Source of the DNA: Octopus sinensis | Lineage: Eukaryota | Length of the DNA: 64,000 bases | Assembly (NCBI RefSeq): GCF_006345805.1 | Contig: NC_043000.1 | Coordinates: 147,126,001 to 147,190,000 of the forward strand | Direction of reading: 5' to 3' | Shown here: positions 24,603 to 38,169 of the stretch, piece by piece | Numbering within the stretch: the stretch's first letter is position 1 | How the letters are laid out: each line of letters starts with the position of its first letter | Notes under the pieces: model-generated | Told to the model about the DNA's origin: nothing | Seen by the model: the letters and a program-made list of their open reading frames with translations, nothing else | The model's database searches: none | Position numbers and translations under genes: made by a program

Positions 24603-26060
24603 ACTACCCGCAGGATAGATTTTGCGACCCCACCCCCCCCCCTAAGGAGGGTACCAACGGAATTTTCGTTCCAACAATCTTTTAAACAACCACACACAAC
24701 AAACCCGTACCACACGTAATAATTACCACCGACGCCCCCTAAAACACCACATCTGAATATGGGATATAGGGACACACCTTTCTATACTCGTCCAAGACCT
24801 CGCACCATAAATGATGAAAGGGTACTCCACAAAAACAAGGAACATAACAGCTATCGTCCCAATCACCTCAATCATTTTTTACACCCAATACGCAAACACA
24901 GTGACACGAGATAGCACCAAACAGACAGGAGGTACCAAAAGTGATAAAAACCATCAATTTAATTCACAGCAAACCAAATCAACATACTCTCCAAAGGGCT
25001 CAAGTTTACACTCACCCTTCAACGCCCCGACTACAACGAAATGAAAGAAGACGTCGCGGAATTCTGTAGAAAATTATGACTCGCTGAGGAGCTATACGAC
25101 AAATACAACGAAGACGAATTGTTAGTCCGAAATAGAAGTAACTACATCCCTTCAAAAGGTAAGAACAAAACTCTTGACCATTTCTGTGAATAAATCTCGA
25201 ATTACCCTTATCAACATATACACAAACAAAAGCACGAGCCAAACTTCAGCAAAAAAGAATGGGCTGATCTGAACAAATTAAAAGATGATAAAACAATAGC
25301 AATCAAAGAGGCTGATAAAGGGAGTGCAGTTGTCTTAATGGACACGGTATACTATATAATACTAATACTATTCATATTAGAAGACGCAACATATTATGAA
25401 ATGGTCCAACACCACAGTCAGCAGAAAATAATGAGAAACGTAAAATGCATGTTAAACCTATACAGAAAAGCGCTCACCGAAAAGGAATACCATTATATGA
25501 CCAACTTCAAAAGCAAATCTAGTCAATTCTACGGTATTCCTAAGATACACAAAAGTGAGAAAACAAGTAACACATGCAGAATAGCCACGGACATAATAAT
25601 CAAGGTCCCTACTCCTAATTACATCAAACTGTGACCTATAATACCAAGTCCTGCATGCGAAACCCACCGCCTCTGTAACTTTTTAGATACCCTCTAAAAC
25701 CATTCCTTAAGCTACATAAGGGATGACCTGGATATGCTCAATCTCCTCCCTAACACCCTACTAATATCCTTCGATGTAGTCAACCTCTATTCTCATATCC
25801 CCCACAACCTAGGAATAGAGGCAATTCAGTTCTGGCTAGAGAATTACGCCAATGAACTCCCACATCGCATGAAAAAAATAATTCGTAATAGAAGGACTAA
25901 AATTCATCTTGGAGAATAACTACTTCGTCTTCAAAGACAACTTCTACCGACAAAAATCGGGGACTGCCATGGGTACGAGAATGACCCCTTCCTTTGCTAA
26001 CCTAGTCATGGAATATCAAGAAATCAGTCTTTATCGTAAGGTACTAGAAAAATACTAGAG
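24600..26060 (+). mobile_element. Penelope-like element, N-terminal and RT part, decayed and 3'-truncated
   Basis: IKEADKGSAVVLMD, SQFYGIPKIHKS, RDDLDML, SFDVVNLYSHIP, QKSGTAMGT: PLE RT motifs. Confidence 0.88.
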
Positions 26061-26619
26061 GTGAAAGTATTATACCTCTGTGTATGTGTGTGTGTGTGTA
26101 TGTGTGTGTGTGCGGGCGGGCGGGCGTGTGTGTGTGGAAAACACACTATGGATCTATCACAAAGTCCCGCAGGGATGTGGAGTGATGGAAAATATAGGCT
26201 TGGTCACTTGGAAATATGTCATTGGAAACTTGTTCATAAGTGCCTTGCGATGTTAGTCATTTGTTTTCCAAATTATATTGATGGGGAGATTCATTAAAAA
26301 CCGGAATGATCGAATAACCCTTTCCAGAGAAAGCACTGCTCACCTATTAACAAGGAAGGATCTAGGAAAGGTAGTCTAAATAGAAATTGTAGTCCGTAAC
26401 TAGGAAACGCATACCCATAAAAAGACATGTTTTATAATTTGTCGTCACACTCGCCTGATATGTGTGATCTTCGTTTTGAAATACAACGAAACAGTAGATC
26501 ATATTCCTGGACACAACCGGGGAAGAATAGAGAACTCATTTAGAGACTCTCTTCTTTGTACACTTCGAAATGGTCGTAAATGCATTTGGTTGCTTTGTGA
26601 CGATCATTTAGCACCTGAA

Positions 26620-26740
26620 TTTATGTATGTATGTATGTATGTATGTATGTATGTATGTATGTATGTATGTATGTATGTATGTATGTATGTATGTATGTAT
26701 GTATGTATGTATGTATGTATGTATGTATGTATGTATGTAC
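26620..26740. repeat. (TATG)n microsatellite
   Basis: Direct reading. Confidence 0.97.
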
Positions 26741-26756
26741 GAATATATGTTAGTAT

Positions 26757-27145
26757 AGGCGCAGGCATGGTTGCGTGGTTAAGGACTTTGTTAACAATCT
26801 CGTCATCTGAGTTCAGTCCTACAGCACGGCAACTTGAGCAAGTGCATTCCAATATAGCCCTGGGATGACTAATGCCATATGAGTATATTTAGTAGTCGAA
26901 AACTGTAGAGAAGCCCGTTCTAAAGATTGTTTGCTAGAGTATCTGTATGTTTGTTTCCTCCCTTTGACAACAGGAATTGGTTTGTTTATGTCCTCGTGAC
27001 TTAGCAGCTCAGCAAAAATAAGTACCAGACGGAAGAAGTATGAAATTTTGAAAAATAAGTACTGGTGTCGATTTGATCGACTAAATCTTTCGATGCAGTA
27101 CTTCAGCATGGCCGTAATTCAATGACTGAAACAAGTAAAAGAAAA
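26757..27145 (+). mobile_element. Diverged SINE family A
   Basis: AGGCGCAGGCATGG head and ...CATGGCC...TGACTGAAACAAGTAAAAG tail. Confidence 0.8.
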
Positions 27146-27579
27146 ATAGAAAACGAATACACGCACTTACGCACACGTATGCACATACAGTCAGACAGAC
27201 AAACAGACATACTTCAAGTATTGTACAAGAATTCAAATTAGCCACGGGAATTTCAACACATTTCTTTGAAAATACGCAGGCGCAGATGTGCCTGTATGGT
27301 GAGAACTTTGCTCCCCAGTCACATAGTTCAGAGTTCAGTCCCACAGCGTGACACCTTGGGCAACTGTCTTCTACTATTGACTCGGGCCGTGGATTTGGTA
27401 GAGGGAAACTGAAAGAAGGCCGTCGTATGTGTGTGTGTGTGTGTGTGTGTGTGACTGACTACCGCTTGAAAATTGACATTAGTTTGGTTACGTCCCCGTC
27501 GCTTAGCGGCATCAGTCTAATGACTGGCCGCAGTCTGATGACTGAGACAAGTTTAAGATCAAGATATTCATCAAGATCA

Positions 27580-27810
27580 GGCGGCGAGCTGGCAGAAACG
27601 TTAGCACGCCGGGCGAAATGCGTAGCTGTATTTCGTCTGCCGTTACGTTCTGAGATCAAATTCCGCCGAGGTCGACTTTGCCTTTCATCCTTTCGGGGTC
27701 GATAAATTAAGTACCAGTTACGCACTGAGGTCGATGTAATCGACTTAATCCGTTTGTCTGTCCTTGTTCGTCCCCTCTGTGTTTAGCCCCTTGTGGGTAG
27801 TAAAGAAATA
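27580..27810 (+). mobile_element. SINE family B with 16-bp target site duplication
   Basis: AGATATTCATCAAGAT at 27562-27577 and 27810-27825. Confidence 0.95.
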
Positions 27811-29150
27811 GATATTCATCAAGATGTTTCGAATAGAAGCTACGTAAATTTGTAACGGTTCAGCCTTACAGCAGAGACTACATTTTGAGATCCGAATCTA
27901 AGCACGAATTGCATATAATGTATCTGCAATAACCTGTTCCATCTTAAATTTATGGCATCCTGCCAGCAACACATGGATATGTTTTCTATGAATTATCAAT
28001 CCAATTATGTACTGGAAATAAACAGCTTAATGCTGTAGATTCGTTGCCTTTTTCTATGAATTAAGTGGAATAACGTTTTTGTTTGTTGAAACAATACCAA
28101 CAAATACTTAACTTTCAGAATAAATCTTTGGCTTTTTTGCAGGAGTGTAATTATATGAAAATGTATTGCAGATTTAGAATAATGAAAACGAAATTGAAAT
28201 CTAATTCGATTTAAAAGCAATAAATAATATTTTTTGTTTTTATTGTTTAATATCTAGAAATTAATATCAAGTCATTGTTTACTGACTAAATACATTTAAC
28301 GACTTTAAATTGATAGCTCAAAATAAACTAATGACATTTATTGATTTATGAAATATTCCCCTAAATATATCGATCCGGCGAAGAAGTGATACCAACGTAG
28401 ACTTTTGAACTATCGGAATTTCGTCTGCCCTGGTATACACGGAGTTCAAATCCTGTTGAATTCAATTTTGCCTCCTGTCCCTTTTGTGGACTGATAGAAT
28501 GAGATGAAGTTATATATTAGGACTCAATTCAAATTATTATAAACTTTCCTTTACACAATCCTTGTACTTTGCAGGAAAAAAACATTTGATCGGTCCTGTT
28601 GAGATTAATCAAGTTTTCTAGTTATTGTTTAACAAATTAAAGAGTGAGAAATGTTTCGACATAAATCTTTCTCCAAGATATATATGTAGATATAGCTTCA
28701 GGAAAATGGACTTTACTAAACTGACTTGTACACTATAAAAATCAAAATATTCTCTAGAGACAGAGAGAGAGAGGAAGTTTCATTCACAAAGGTTTCATCC
28801 ATAAACTCAGTTAGCTTCGGATGCGTTATGTCCGCCATAATTTTTCTACCACACTAAAATAGTCACTGCTTCTCTGAATCTGTCAACTTGTATACTATCT
28901 TCCCACCAAAACTTCTCAAAACACACTCCTCTTATTTCTATTGTGACTCGTTTTTAAAATCCAATGTTTACTCATAAGACTGCCTGCCTGCTCTTATATT
29001 CCCCTTTACTTAATCATCAGCCCCCTTAAGCAGCATCTAAATACCAATCACTTCAATATCCCTATTGCGACTGGGGTGAAGGTAAAATAACTTGAGTATT
29101 CCACTTTTTCCAGACTAAGAAAAAAATATCTAAGAAAAAATATATCAACT

Positions 29151-29328
29151 AGGCGCAGGAGTGGCTGTGTGGTAAGTGGCTTGCTTACCAACCACATGGT
29201 TCCGGGTTCAGTCCCACTGCGTGGCACCTTGGGCAAGTGTCTTCTACTATAGTCTCGGGCCGACCAAAGCCTTGTTAGTGGATTTGGTAGACGGAAACTG
29301 AAAGAAGCCCGTCGTATATATGTATATG

Positions 29329-29360
<32 letters not shown>

Positions 29361-29579
29361 GTGTGTGTGTGTGTGTGGCTGTCTGTGTTTGTCTCCCCAG
29401 CATCGCTTGACAACCGATGCTAGTGTGTTTACGCCCCCGTAACTTAGCGGTTCGGCAAAAGAGACGGTAGAATAAGTATTAAACTTACAAAGAATAAGTC
29501 CTGGGGTCGATTTGATCGACTAAATGGGGTGCTCCAGCATGGCCGCAGTCAAATGACTGAAACAAGTAAGTAAAGAGAG
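29151..29579 (+). mobile_element. SINE family A
   Basis: Complete head (GGTTCAGTCCC B-box-like), body and tail. Confidence 0.93.
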
Positions 29580-31363
29580 TTACACTTATTACAAATATGT
29601 ATTATTATTTTGGTGGTATATTAGTTTAACATTTATCCCCTTTGAAATCGAAAAATTTTGTAGCCCTTATTCCTTGGTAGATAGATACACGTATTTATTT
29701 AGAGAAGGATAGAAATTTATCATGTTCACCTTATTCCCTTATCGGCATAAGCAAAGTAAACTAGATTTAAACTAAGAATTGTAATCGGATCGCAAATACA
29801 TTTCAAGGGAATTTATTTTAGTTTCACAAAGCACTCTGCTCAATAACTATTAATTAAACACTCTATTATAAGGCTTCTAAGTCTGTTGTAGTGGCTGGTG
29901 AATTTAGAACAGAAGATAAGAACCTTTTAAATTAAGATTAATAAAACATTTTTTATTTCTTGATCCTTTCAGAAAAAAATGTCCATTGCCTAACTTTAAA
30001 CTTGACTAAATAACCTATTTTAGTTATTCTCAATAGATTTAATATTGGTGAGTTTGTTTGTTTCTTTGTAGCTGATTAATTTATTGATTCTTATTCCATA
30101 TCATCTGCTCTGTGAAAACATTCCATCTACCACAAAACAATATAGCATTTTTTATACAAATTTTCCAAAAAATTCTTTAGTATCTATTTTTTTCTTCTTT
30201 TTTATTCCGAGTGAGAGTTTTTCTTTATTTTTTGTGCGTGATTCTTCTTTTCTTTTCAGATAAACCTATCTGAGATGTCTTCAAAAACAAAATATAGTAT
30301 TGACTGACGGGAGAAAACAGACATTCCGTTTTGAGGCAAATTGATGTTTTCTTTGAGAGGTTTGTTGTTCGTTGAGAGGTTAATCAATAGCTGCTAATAA
30401 CCTCAAAGTTTAATCCCAATTGGCGTCGGGGTTGAAACTTTGATGTTAAAAGAAGAGAATGTCTTGATAGACCTATTTTTTCTAGTTAAAAACGAGAACC
30501 CCCCTTTTTTTTCTTTTCATATTCATGACCAATTTGTTCATCTACAAAAAATGTCTTAGTGACTGTAAAAGGAATGATTATATTGATTCTGAAATTAGAC
30601 ACAGATGTTTGTAGTCTTGAGATGAATCATTAGCTTGAATTAGAAACTTTTGACAACTATTCAAGTGCTTGAAATGTTTAGTAGTGAACCATATGTTCAA
30701 CAACTGACACTACAAAAATACATTACTTCCGAAGAACATTCTAGCGGTAAAGTCTGATGTTCAATAATCAGCACGTTTGCTATTGGGTGATTTACCTGTG
30801 GACAAAGATAATTGGTTGGTGTTTCGCTCAAGGTTAACACACGATTTATGCCTAAGAATGTCGATTTACATTAATAGAAGCCGTTTTATTTGTGTGTGCT
30901 GAAAGGATTATGTTGTCAATTTAAACAGCATGATGAATCCAATTTGTTAAGAATGTTAAGTTGCCAGCGGTTTCAATAGTTTCTGTACGCCAATCATTGA
31001 GAACAGTTGAATGAATGTACAAATGTTTGAATACAAAAGTAGTTTATTCCAATATATGTAGGCATTTTAAAATTTACGTGTATACAACTAGGAATTAAAG
31101 TAGTGCCATATATTTAGAAATGTTTTACCGGTTTAGGATATATATTAAATGTAGTATAGACGTGTGATAGGTTCAACATAAAATAGCTATAGTAAATAAA
31201 GTATACATAGTTATATACTGTGCAAATGCAAACCGTTGCAAACGTTAAATCCATAGTATTAAAAGAAAACTTGAATAGAGAAGAGGATCAGGATTTATCC
31301 TGCCCAGCAATTAGACAACCATCTGGTAGGGATCATAACACATTCTCTCAAAGAATGTTAGAG

Positions 31364-31466
<103 letters not shown>

Positions 31467-32166
31467 ATGAATGACTTCACATATTGTTACTCAGATATCT
31501 TGCCAGAAGCAAGATTGAGGTGACTTGAAAGAAAAAGTCTGATGTAGTCGGATTATACAGTAGTTTTTGGACGTCGATGGATTGGTCGGCTTAAAAAGTT
31601 TAACCACTAAACCCACCGACGGTGCAATCGTGAAACTAACTGCGCGGTTACATGTTACCACAAGCAAGAGATTCAAAATCCCATGCATCCGGTATTACGG
31701 GGCTTTTAAAAATTTGTTTATATGAAGAAAGGAAACTCCACAGCTCTTTCGTGCTATATATGGCAACTGAAATACACGCGTGCTAATTTTAAAATTTCCT
31801 AATTTATTTTAACCGTCAGTGACAAATATATAATGGGAAAAAGCTTCGACAACTGCACCGTAAAACGATTGACATAGTAAGCAGGAATTAATTAGTGAAT
31901 CTCTTAATGAAAATACATTTTCTTTTTCTAACCACAATAGAAGACTTTAACTGGATTAAGGCACCAGATATAAATTCTAACTCTGCTGGGGAAATAACCA
32001 GCTGACAAGCCAGATGTGGCCAAACGGTCGTCCAATTATAGCTGTATCATCCATCCAACTGTATCAGACTTCTCCCAGCCAGCCATGTCCATCTGAGGAT
32101 TATATTGTGGCGTGAAACTTTGAATTAGGAGATGTTATGAGTCTTACACTAATATATATTCAGTGA

Positions 32167-32485
32167 GGGCGCGTGGCTTAGTGGTTAGGGCATTCGGCTC
32201 ATGATCGTAAGGTTGTGAGTTCGATTCCCGGCGACGCGTTGTGTCCTTGAGCAAGACACTTTATTTCACGTTGCTCCAGTCCACTCAGCTGGCAAAAATG
32301 AGTTGTACTTGTGTTTCAAAGGGTCAGCCTTGTCACTCTCTGTGTCACGCTGATTATCCCCGAGAACTACGTTAAGGGTACACGTGTCTGTGGAATGCTC
32401 AGCCATTTGCACGTTAATTTCACGAGCAAGCTGTTCCGTTGATCGTATCAGCTGGGACCCTCGTCGTCGTAACCGGCGGAGTCTT
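32167..32485 (+). mobile_element. SINE family C
   Basis: Homologous to 13619-13934. Confidence 0.92.
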
Positions 32486-33380
32486 TAGAATATATATTCA
32501 ATTAATTACTAATATATATTCAATAAATTACTCTAAGGCTTTCTTTTATTTTGTAAAATTATTTTTAAGCAGTAACGGTTACAAATAAAACGTTGTGACG
32601 AAGTGTATGCTTGTGTCTGTTTGTGCGTACATATGTAAATTGGTGAAAACACCTTGTCGCATTTAAGTTCGTAAAATGAATATAACTGTCTGATGGAACA
32701 TAAATCTGCTGTGATTAGCCATTCAATATATAGAGATCATTAAAATAATAATGAAACAAAGAACTTTGATTAATAATATTGACTAAAATCAGTCATGTCT
32801 AAAGCCTTTGTTTCCCAGCTTGGCTGCAGTCCAATGCTTGAAACCAATAAAATTGTTCTTACGTGCACCAAATTCTTCTTTGCTTAAAATATTGACTAAT
32901 CGTTTGAACCAATATATCATTCGTCGTAAAGTAAGCAATCTATAGAAACGATAGAACTCCGAGCTAAATGTCTTATAGTATTCTAGTCTTTCTACCTTAT
33001 AAAGTCATTCAAACAAGGTCAACTTTGCTTTTCATACATCTAAAGGTCGAATATCGATACAAAGTATTAATGCTCTTTCAACTATCTGCTACCCGCCTCC
33101 CATTAAAACAAATAGGGTTATTTTAGTTATTGGGGATTATTTTAAGGAAGTATCCAAGTTGAGATCATTCAGTAAATATTTTTTTTTATTTTACTTTTGA
33201 GGTTTATAGAAGCCAATTGAAACAAGAAAATATTATACCGGTAGTCATCATAAATAATATATTGGTCGGTTTATCTGATTATAAATACCTTTAGAGTGTT
33301 AGAAAATTAAATTATGTCAAGAATATGATCTTGCACCCTACCGCCTGAAACATTTTAATCAAGAACATATTTGAACTTTA

Positions 33381-35079
33381 CACCCAGAACCACGCTAACA
33401 GCTTAGAAGTGAGATTAGGGATTTCTCGGTTTTCAGTGAATCGATTTTGATAAAACTGTTCCCAGCTGGTTTACATAGTATGGCAATACCTATTTCTTTA
33501 TTACCCACAAGGGGCTAAACACAGAGCGGACAATGTTCTGAAAAGACATAGGTATTAAGTCGATTACATCGACCCCAGTGCGTAACTGGTACTTAATTTA
33601 TCGACCCCGAAAGGATGAAAGGCAAAGTCGACCTCGGCGGAATTTGAACTCACAACGTAACGCAGACGAAATACCGCTAAGCATTTCGCCCGGCGTTCTA
33701 ACGTTTCTGCCAGCTCGCCATTGTTATGTTTTCATTATTCTGTGCAACGTTCTTTTTTTTTTATTTTAGATGTTTCAGTTTTAGGGTGAACCATGCTAAC
33801 AGCTTTTAAATGAAAATAGTCCACCTAGACATTTTCTTTTTCAGAAAATGAAGAGTTATGATGTATGTTGAGCATACATTGAGTATATATTTAATAGAAA
33901 ACAATAATAATATTTTAACATTTATTGACATAAGGAATTATTTAGCCCTATGGGCGCCATTTCGACGGATAACTTCAAAAACCCTATTAGTCATGGACTC
34001 TGTCAATTTCTTAATAGCAGCGGGTTGGACTACCTCTGCTGCAACTTTGATGGTCGCCCATAAGATATCTTTCGACGTAAATTGGCGTCCATCGGCATAA
34101 GCATTTTGTTTAATGATGGACCAAAGATCTTCGATAGGGCTGAGATCCGGAGATGCTACCAGCCACACTATCAACCTTTTACTTTGTATGCCGTAAGACC
34201 CAAGTAATGTTTGGGTGGTCCTAGCAGAATGGGTGGGAGTGTTGTCATGCATGAATACAAGATTCCTTAGAAGTGACAGTAGTGTGTCATCTAGCCAGGG
34301 TCCAAGCCCTCCTTCAGGAGATTGTAGTAGGCGGCTGCGGTCACTTTAACTTCTTCAGGCACCCTGAATGGGCCAACACGTCTGTCCCTAATGATACCAG
34401 TCCACGATGTGACTCCTCCACCCTGTTGTTGGCGTTGTAAACGTCAAGGATGTTCATCTACAAAACAGAACCAACCATTTACCCAACCGTCAGTTTCGTC
34501 ATGAGTCGCCCTGGTTTCGTCAGAGAACAAAACACAACTCATGTCTAACGCCATGTACTTTTGGGTCTATTGAAGCCTCAAACTCCTGTTTCAGGGGGTT
34601 TTGCACAGAAGCTATCGTCCCGAGGATGCGATTTCTGCTGGTTTTCGCAACATGAGGAAGTCCGGAGGCGGTGAAAATGTCTTTGCTTGTTTGTCCAGGT
34701 TTTCCACGTAACTTGCGACCAATATTCCTTAAACCCTTAGCTGTCACAGTTTTGGACGCCCATGTCAATACATGTTATAATATTATGGTTTTCTGTTAAA
34801 TATATGCTCAATGTATGCTTAATATGCATCATTACCCTTCATTTTCTGAAACAAAATGTCTAGATGGGCCATTTTCATTCAAAAGCTATTAGCGTGGGTC
34901 ACCCTTAAACTGAAACATCTGAAATAAAAAAAGAAAGGACGTTACACGGAATAATGAAAACATAACAATGCTTTTGCCATAGTGTATAAACCAGCTGGGA
35001 AAAGTTTTATCAAAGTCGATTCACTGAAAACCGAGAAATCCTAAATTTCACTCCTAAGCTATTAGCGTGGTTCTGGGTG
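33381..35079 (-). mobile_element. Tc1-family DNA transposon, DD37E spacing, ~318-bp IR/DR terminal repeats, defective
   Basis: TA duplication at 33379-80 and 35080-81; TIRs 33381-33931 (interrupted by a SINE) and 34762-35079; minus-strand transposase remnants FSDET, HDNTPTH and SPDLSPIE with 37 residues between the second D and the E. Confidence 0.92.
33487..33719 (-). mobile_element. SINE family B inserted in the left TIR of the Tc1 element
   Basis: Present in the left TIR and absent from the right TIR. Confidence 0.93.
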
Positions 35080-36029
35080 TATACACCATATTCCATGTAA
35101 TAGCTACTTTGCAGGAACCTGTGCCAATGAGTTGGTTTCGCTTCTTTACAAATTCCTTTTCCTCTTCACTACTAACACTCTTGAGAAATGTAGCCGCAGC
35201 CCGTTTACCAAATATTCAAGTTACAAAATTTTGTGGTAATCAAATGTAAACAGTATTGTTTATGTAAAGAAAAACAAATGACGTTTCAGTAATCTTAACT
35301 CTTGGTAATCTTCTACAAACGGTACCTTTGCTACACCTGTGCTCTGTACGTGAGAAAGATTTATCTCTCAGCTTAGCGCCAACTAACTGAAGTTAAGCAC
35401 CAGCCTTTAAAAGCAGCTCAGAACCTAATGACTTTTACAATTTTCCAATATAATTTTATGTTGAACAGAGTCGATGAATGCTTAGATATTTGCAGTTTCC
35501 TGATTCTGGCGTTTATCCAATTTAAGGCTGTAAATTTTTAGTACAATCTATTTATTGTTTTACTTTTCTGAGCTCAAATACAATTAGTATCACTTTTGTT
35601 TCTCATCCTATTAAGTACCATTAAAAAAACATAAATAAACATTTATCTCTAAATCGAATTCTATAAAGCAACGTATACGCTCTAAGGAAACCAAAATTGC
35701 GACGCATTTTCAATCCGAAGTTATTTTACCTACAATATTCACGCACTTAGAAACAAGCGATTAAGGATCCTCGGCCTGCGAGGAATAATAGCAAAACTGA
35801 TATCAAATTAGACTTTAAAAAAATGACACATTTATAATGCATAACTAGCTACAGTAAAGGCAGAAGGCTCGTAGCTAGGATACTTTTGATCATATCTGTT
35901 CAATTCAAATCTAATCTGGGATAAAACGAAGGAGTAACATTCATAAAGTATAGGGCATTTTATTTTTTTTATAATTAGCTAAACAAAATTAGTATGTAGT
36001 TATCACTCGACAAGAGCTAATACACGAAA

Positions 36030-36427
36030 GGCGTTAGCATGCCGGGCGAAATGCGTAGCCGTATTTCGTCTGCTGCTACGTTCTGAGTTCAAATTCTGCC
36101 GAGGTCAACTTAGCCTTTCATCCTTTCGAGGTCGATAAATTATGTACTAGTTACGCACTGGGGTCGATATAATCGACTTAATCCGTTTGTCTGTCCCTGT
36201 TTGTCCCCTCTGTGTGTAGCTCCTTCTGGGCAGTAAAGATATAGGTATATTGTCTGCCGTTACGTTCCGAGTTCAAATTCCGCCGAAGTCGACTTTGCCT
36301 TTCATCCTTTCGGGGTCGATTAAATAAGTACCAGTTATGCACTGGGTTCGATATCATCGACTTAATCCCCTTGTCTGTCCTTGTTTGTCCCCTCTGTGTG
36401 TAGCCCCTTGTGGGTAGTAAAGAAATA
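36030..36427 (+). mobile_element. SINE family B tandem dimer
   Basis: Junction AAAGATATAGGTATATTGTCTG near 36245; flanking AAGAG(C/T)TAATACAC direct repeat. Confidence 0.92.
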
Positions 36428-37164
36428 AGAGTTAATACACTACACTAATATTCTGATCAAAAATATTTCAAGATGCAGCATAAACATTATGGATCCTCTA
36501 ATAAGTGAAGGCTGTTTAGTTAATAAATTCGCGTCGCGATCAACCCGCTTCTTTTTCAAGTCCACTTTGTCAACTGTCTTCTAATATAGCCTCGGGTCAT
36601 CCAATACATTTTGAGTGTCATTGCAACATTAGATTGGTGAAATATATACATGTAAATATACATAAAGAAATATAAAATACATCAAGTAGAGAACATCACT
36701 AACGAATGAAAAATACGTAAACACACAATGAGAGACAAGTATAGGACAATATACCAAAATAGGTCTAACCTCTCCTCAGTTGTCGACTGTTAATTACTCC
36801 CTATTTCGATAGGAAACCATAAAACAGCATCATCCAGAAATTTTAAAAATATAAAATTTGTGGTGAGTTAGGACTTCGAACAAACAAAAAACGACAGAGT
36901 ACATCCACTCTGGGGCTCGCCAATATATTCGAGGCTCCGGTAAAGCTATAAGATGTTATTCAAGCACTCAACTGTGAGTCCATTACATCTTATAGCAGAA
37001 ACAGCTGTAAGCTAATGAAGTTCCTAAGATAATCATTTATTCCTTTGTCATTCTCTCTTTCTTGTAAATGTGTGTGTGTGTTTGTGCGTATGTGTAAGTG
37101 TGTGTGTGTGTGAACGCGTGCGTATGTGCCTCTGTGTGTGTATGTATGTACGTATATATGTATA

Positions 37165-37395
37165 GGCGGCGAGCTGGCAGAATCGTTAGCACGCCGGGCG
37201 AAATGCGAAGCGGTATTTCGTCTGCCGTTACGTTCTGAGTTCAAATTCCGCCGAGGTCGACTTTGCCTTTTATCCTTTCGGGGTCGATAAATTAAGTACC
37301 AGTTACGCACTGGGGTCGATGGAATCGACTTAATCCCTTTGTCTGTCCTTGTTTGTCCCCTCTGTGGTTAGCCCCTTGTGGGTAGTAAAGAAATA
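37165..37395 (+). mobile_element. SINE family B
   Basis: Complete copy; flanking TATATATGTAT repeat. Confidence 0.93.
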
Positions 37396-38169
37396 TATAT
37401 GTATTATGTACGTATGAATGCATTGCCAGAGAAATTGTAAAACTGTGAGGAAATGCATCAATATTTTTAATAAGGTATTCGACTTTTTTACCTTTATTCC
37501 TCATTTGAGACTTTTATTGCAATCCCTGGCTGCTTCAGAATAACTTTACAAAGTAAAGAAAGCCTCATACTTTAGAGTAATTTATGGAATATATATTGGT
37601 AATTCATTGAGTAAATTAGTCATTTGTTGTAAACTTCCATTGATTAGTTTTGTGAGTTATACTTCTATTAAGGTGAATTAAAATGCACTTCGTGTAATCT
37701 ATCTCTTATTAGTCATAGGTAATGAGCCTAAATAATAACCGAGTAGAGTACTTGACGAGGTAGCCATAGCATCGACGGAGGAATTAAAGTTCTCTTTATA
37801 TAAATCGCTTATTCAAGTACGCGTGTTCGTACTGGTCAATTTTTTAATATACATCATACGACTGAGTGCGTGGTCCATCAGCAATGAGGGAAATTGATAT
37901 TTCTAAGCAAACTAAAGTGGGCGGTGTTAAACACCAAAACAACATCTTGAAACTGGAGAGATTTCTAAGATTGTGCATCGATGCATTCGTATATTATTTA
38001 TTGTGGTATTCATTTGTTTTGCGTTGCTTTCCTTCTTTTGGCGTAGTCTCGAACCTGGAATATTTAGAACTCTTTGCAAATTTTTCTTGAACTCCTTTCG
38101 GAGTTGTACTTCGACTAAGATGAAAAACGTATCATATATGTATGCGTGTGGAGAGGCAGACAGACAGGC

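Noticed and set aside
29540-29570. SINE A tail (stem, GAAAC, AA, GTA) resembles the 3' half of a hammerhead
   Set aside because: There is no CTGANGA before the stem and no stem I; better explained as a LINE-derived recognition hairpin.
35110-35540. Coding-like minus-strand peptides (RAAATFLKSVSSEEEKEFVKKRNQLIG; VPFVEDYQELRLLKRHL)
   Set aside because: Multiple stops, different frames and no family I recognise; a translated search would be needed.
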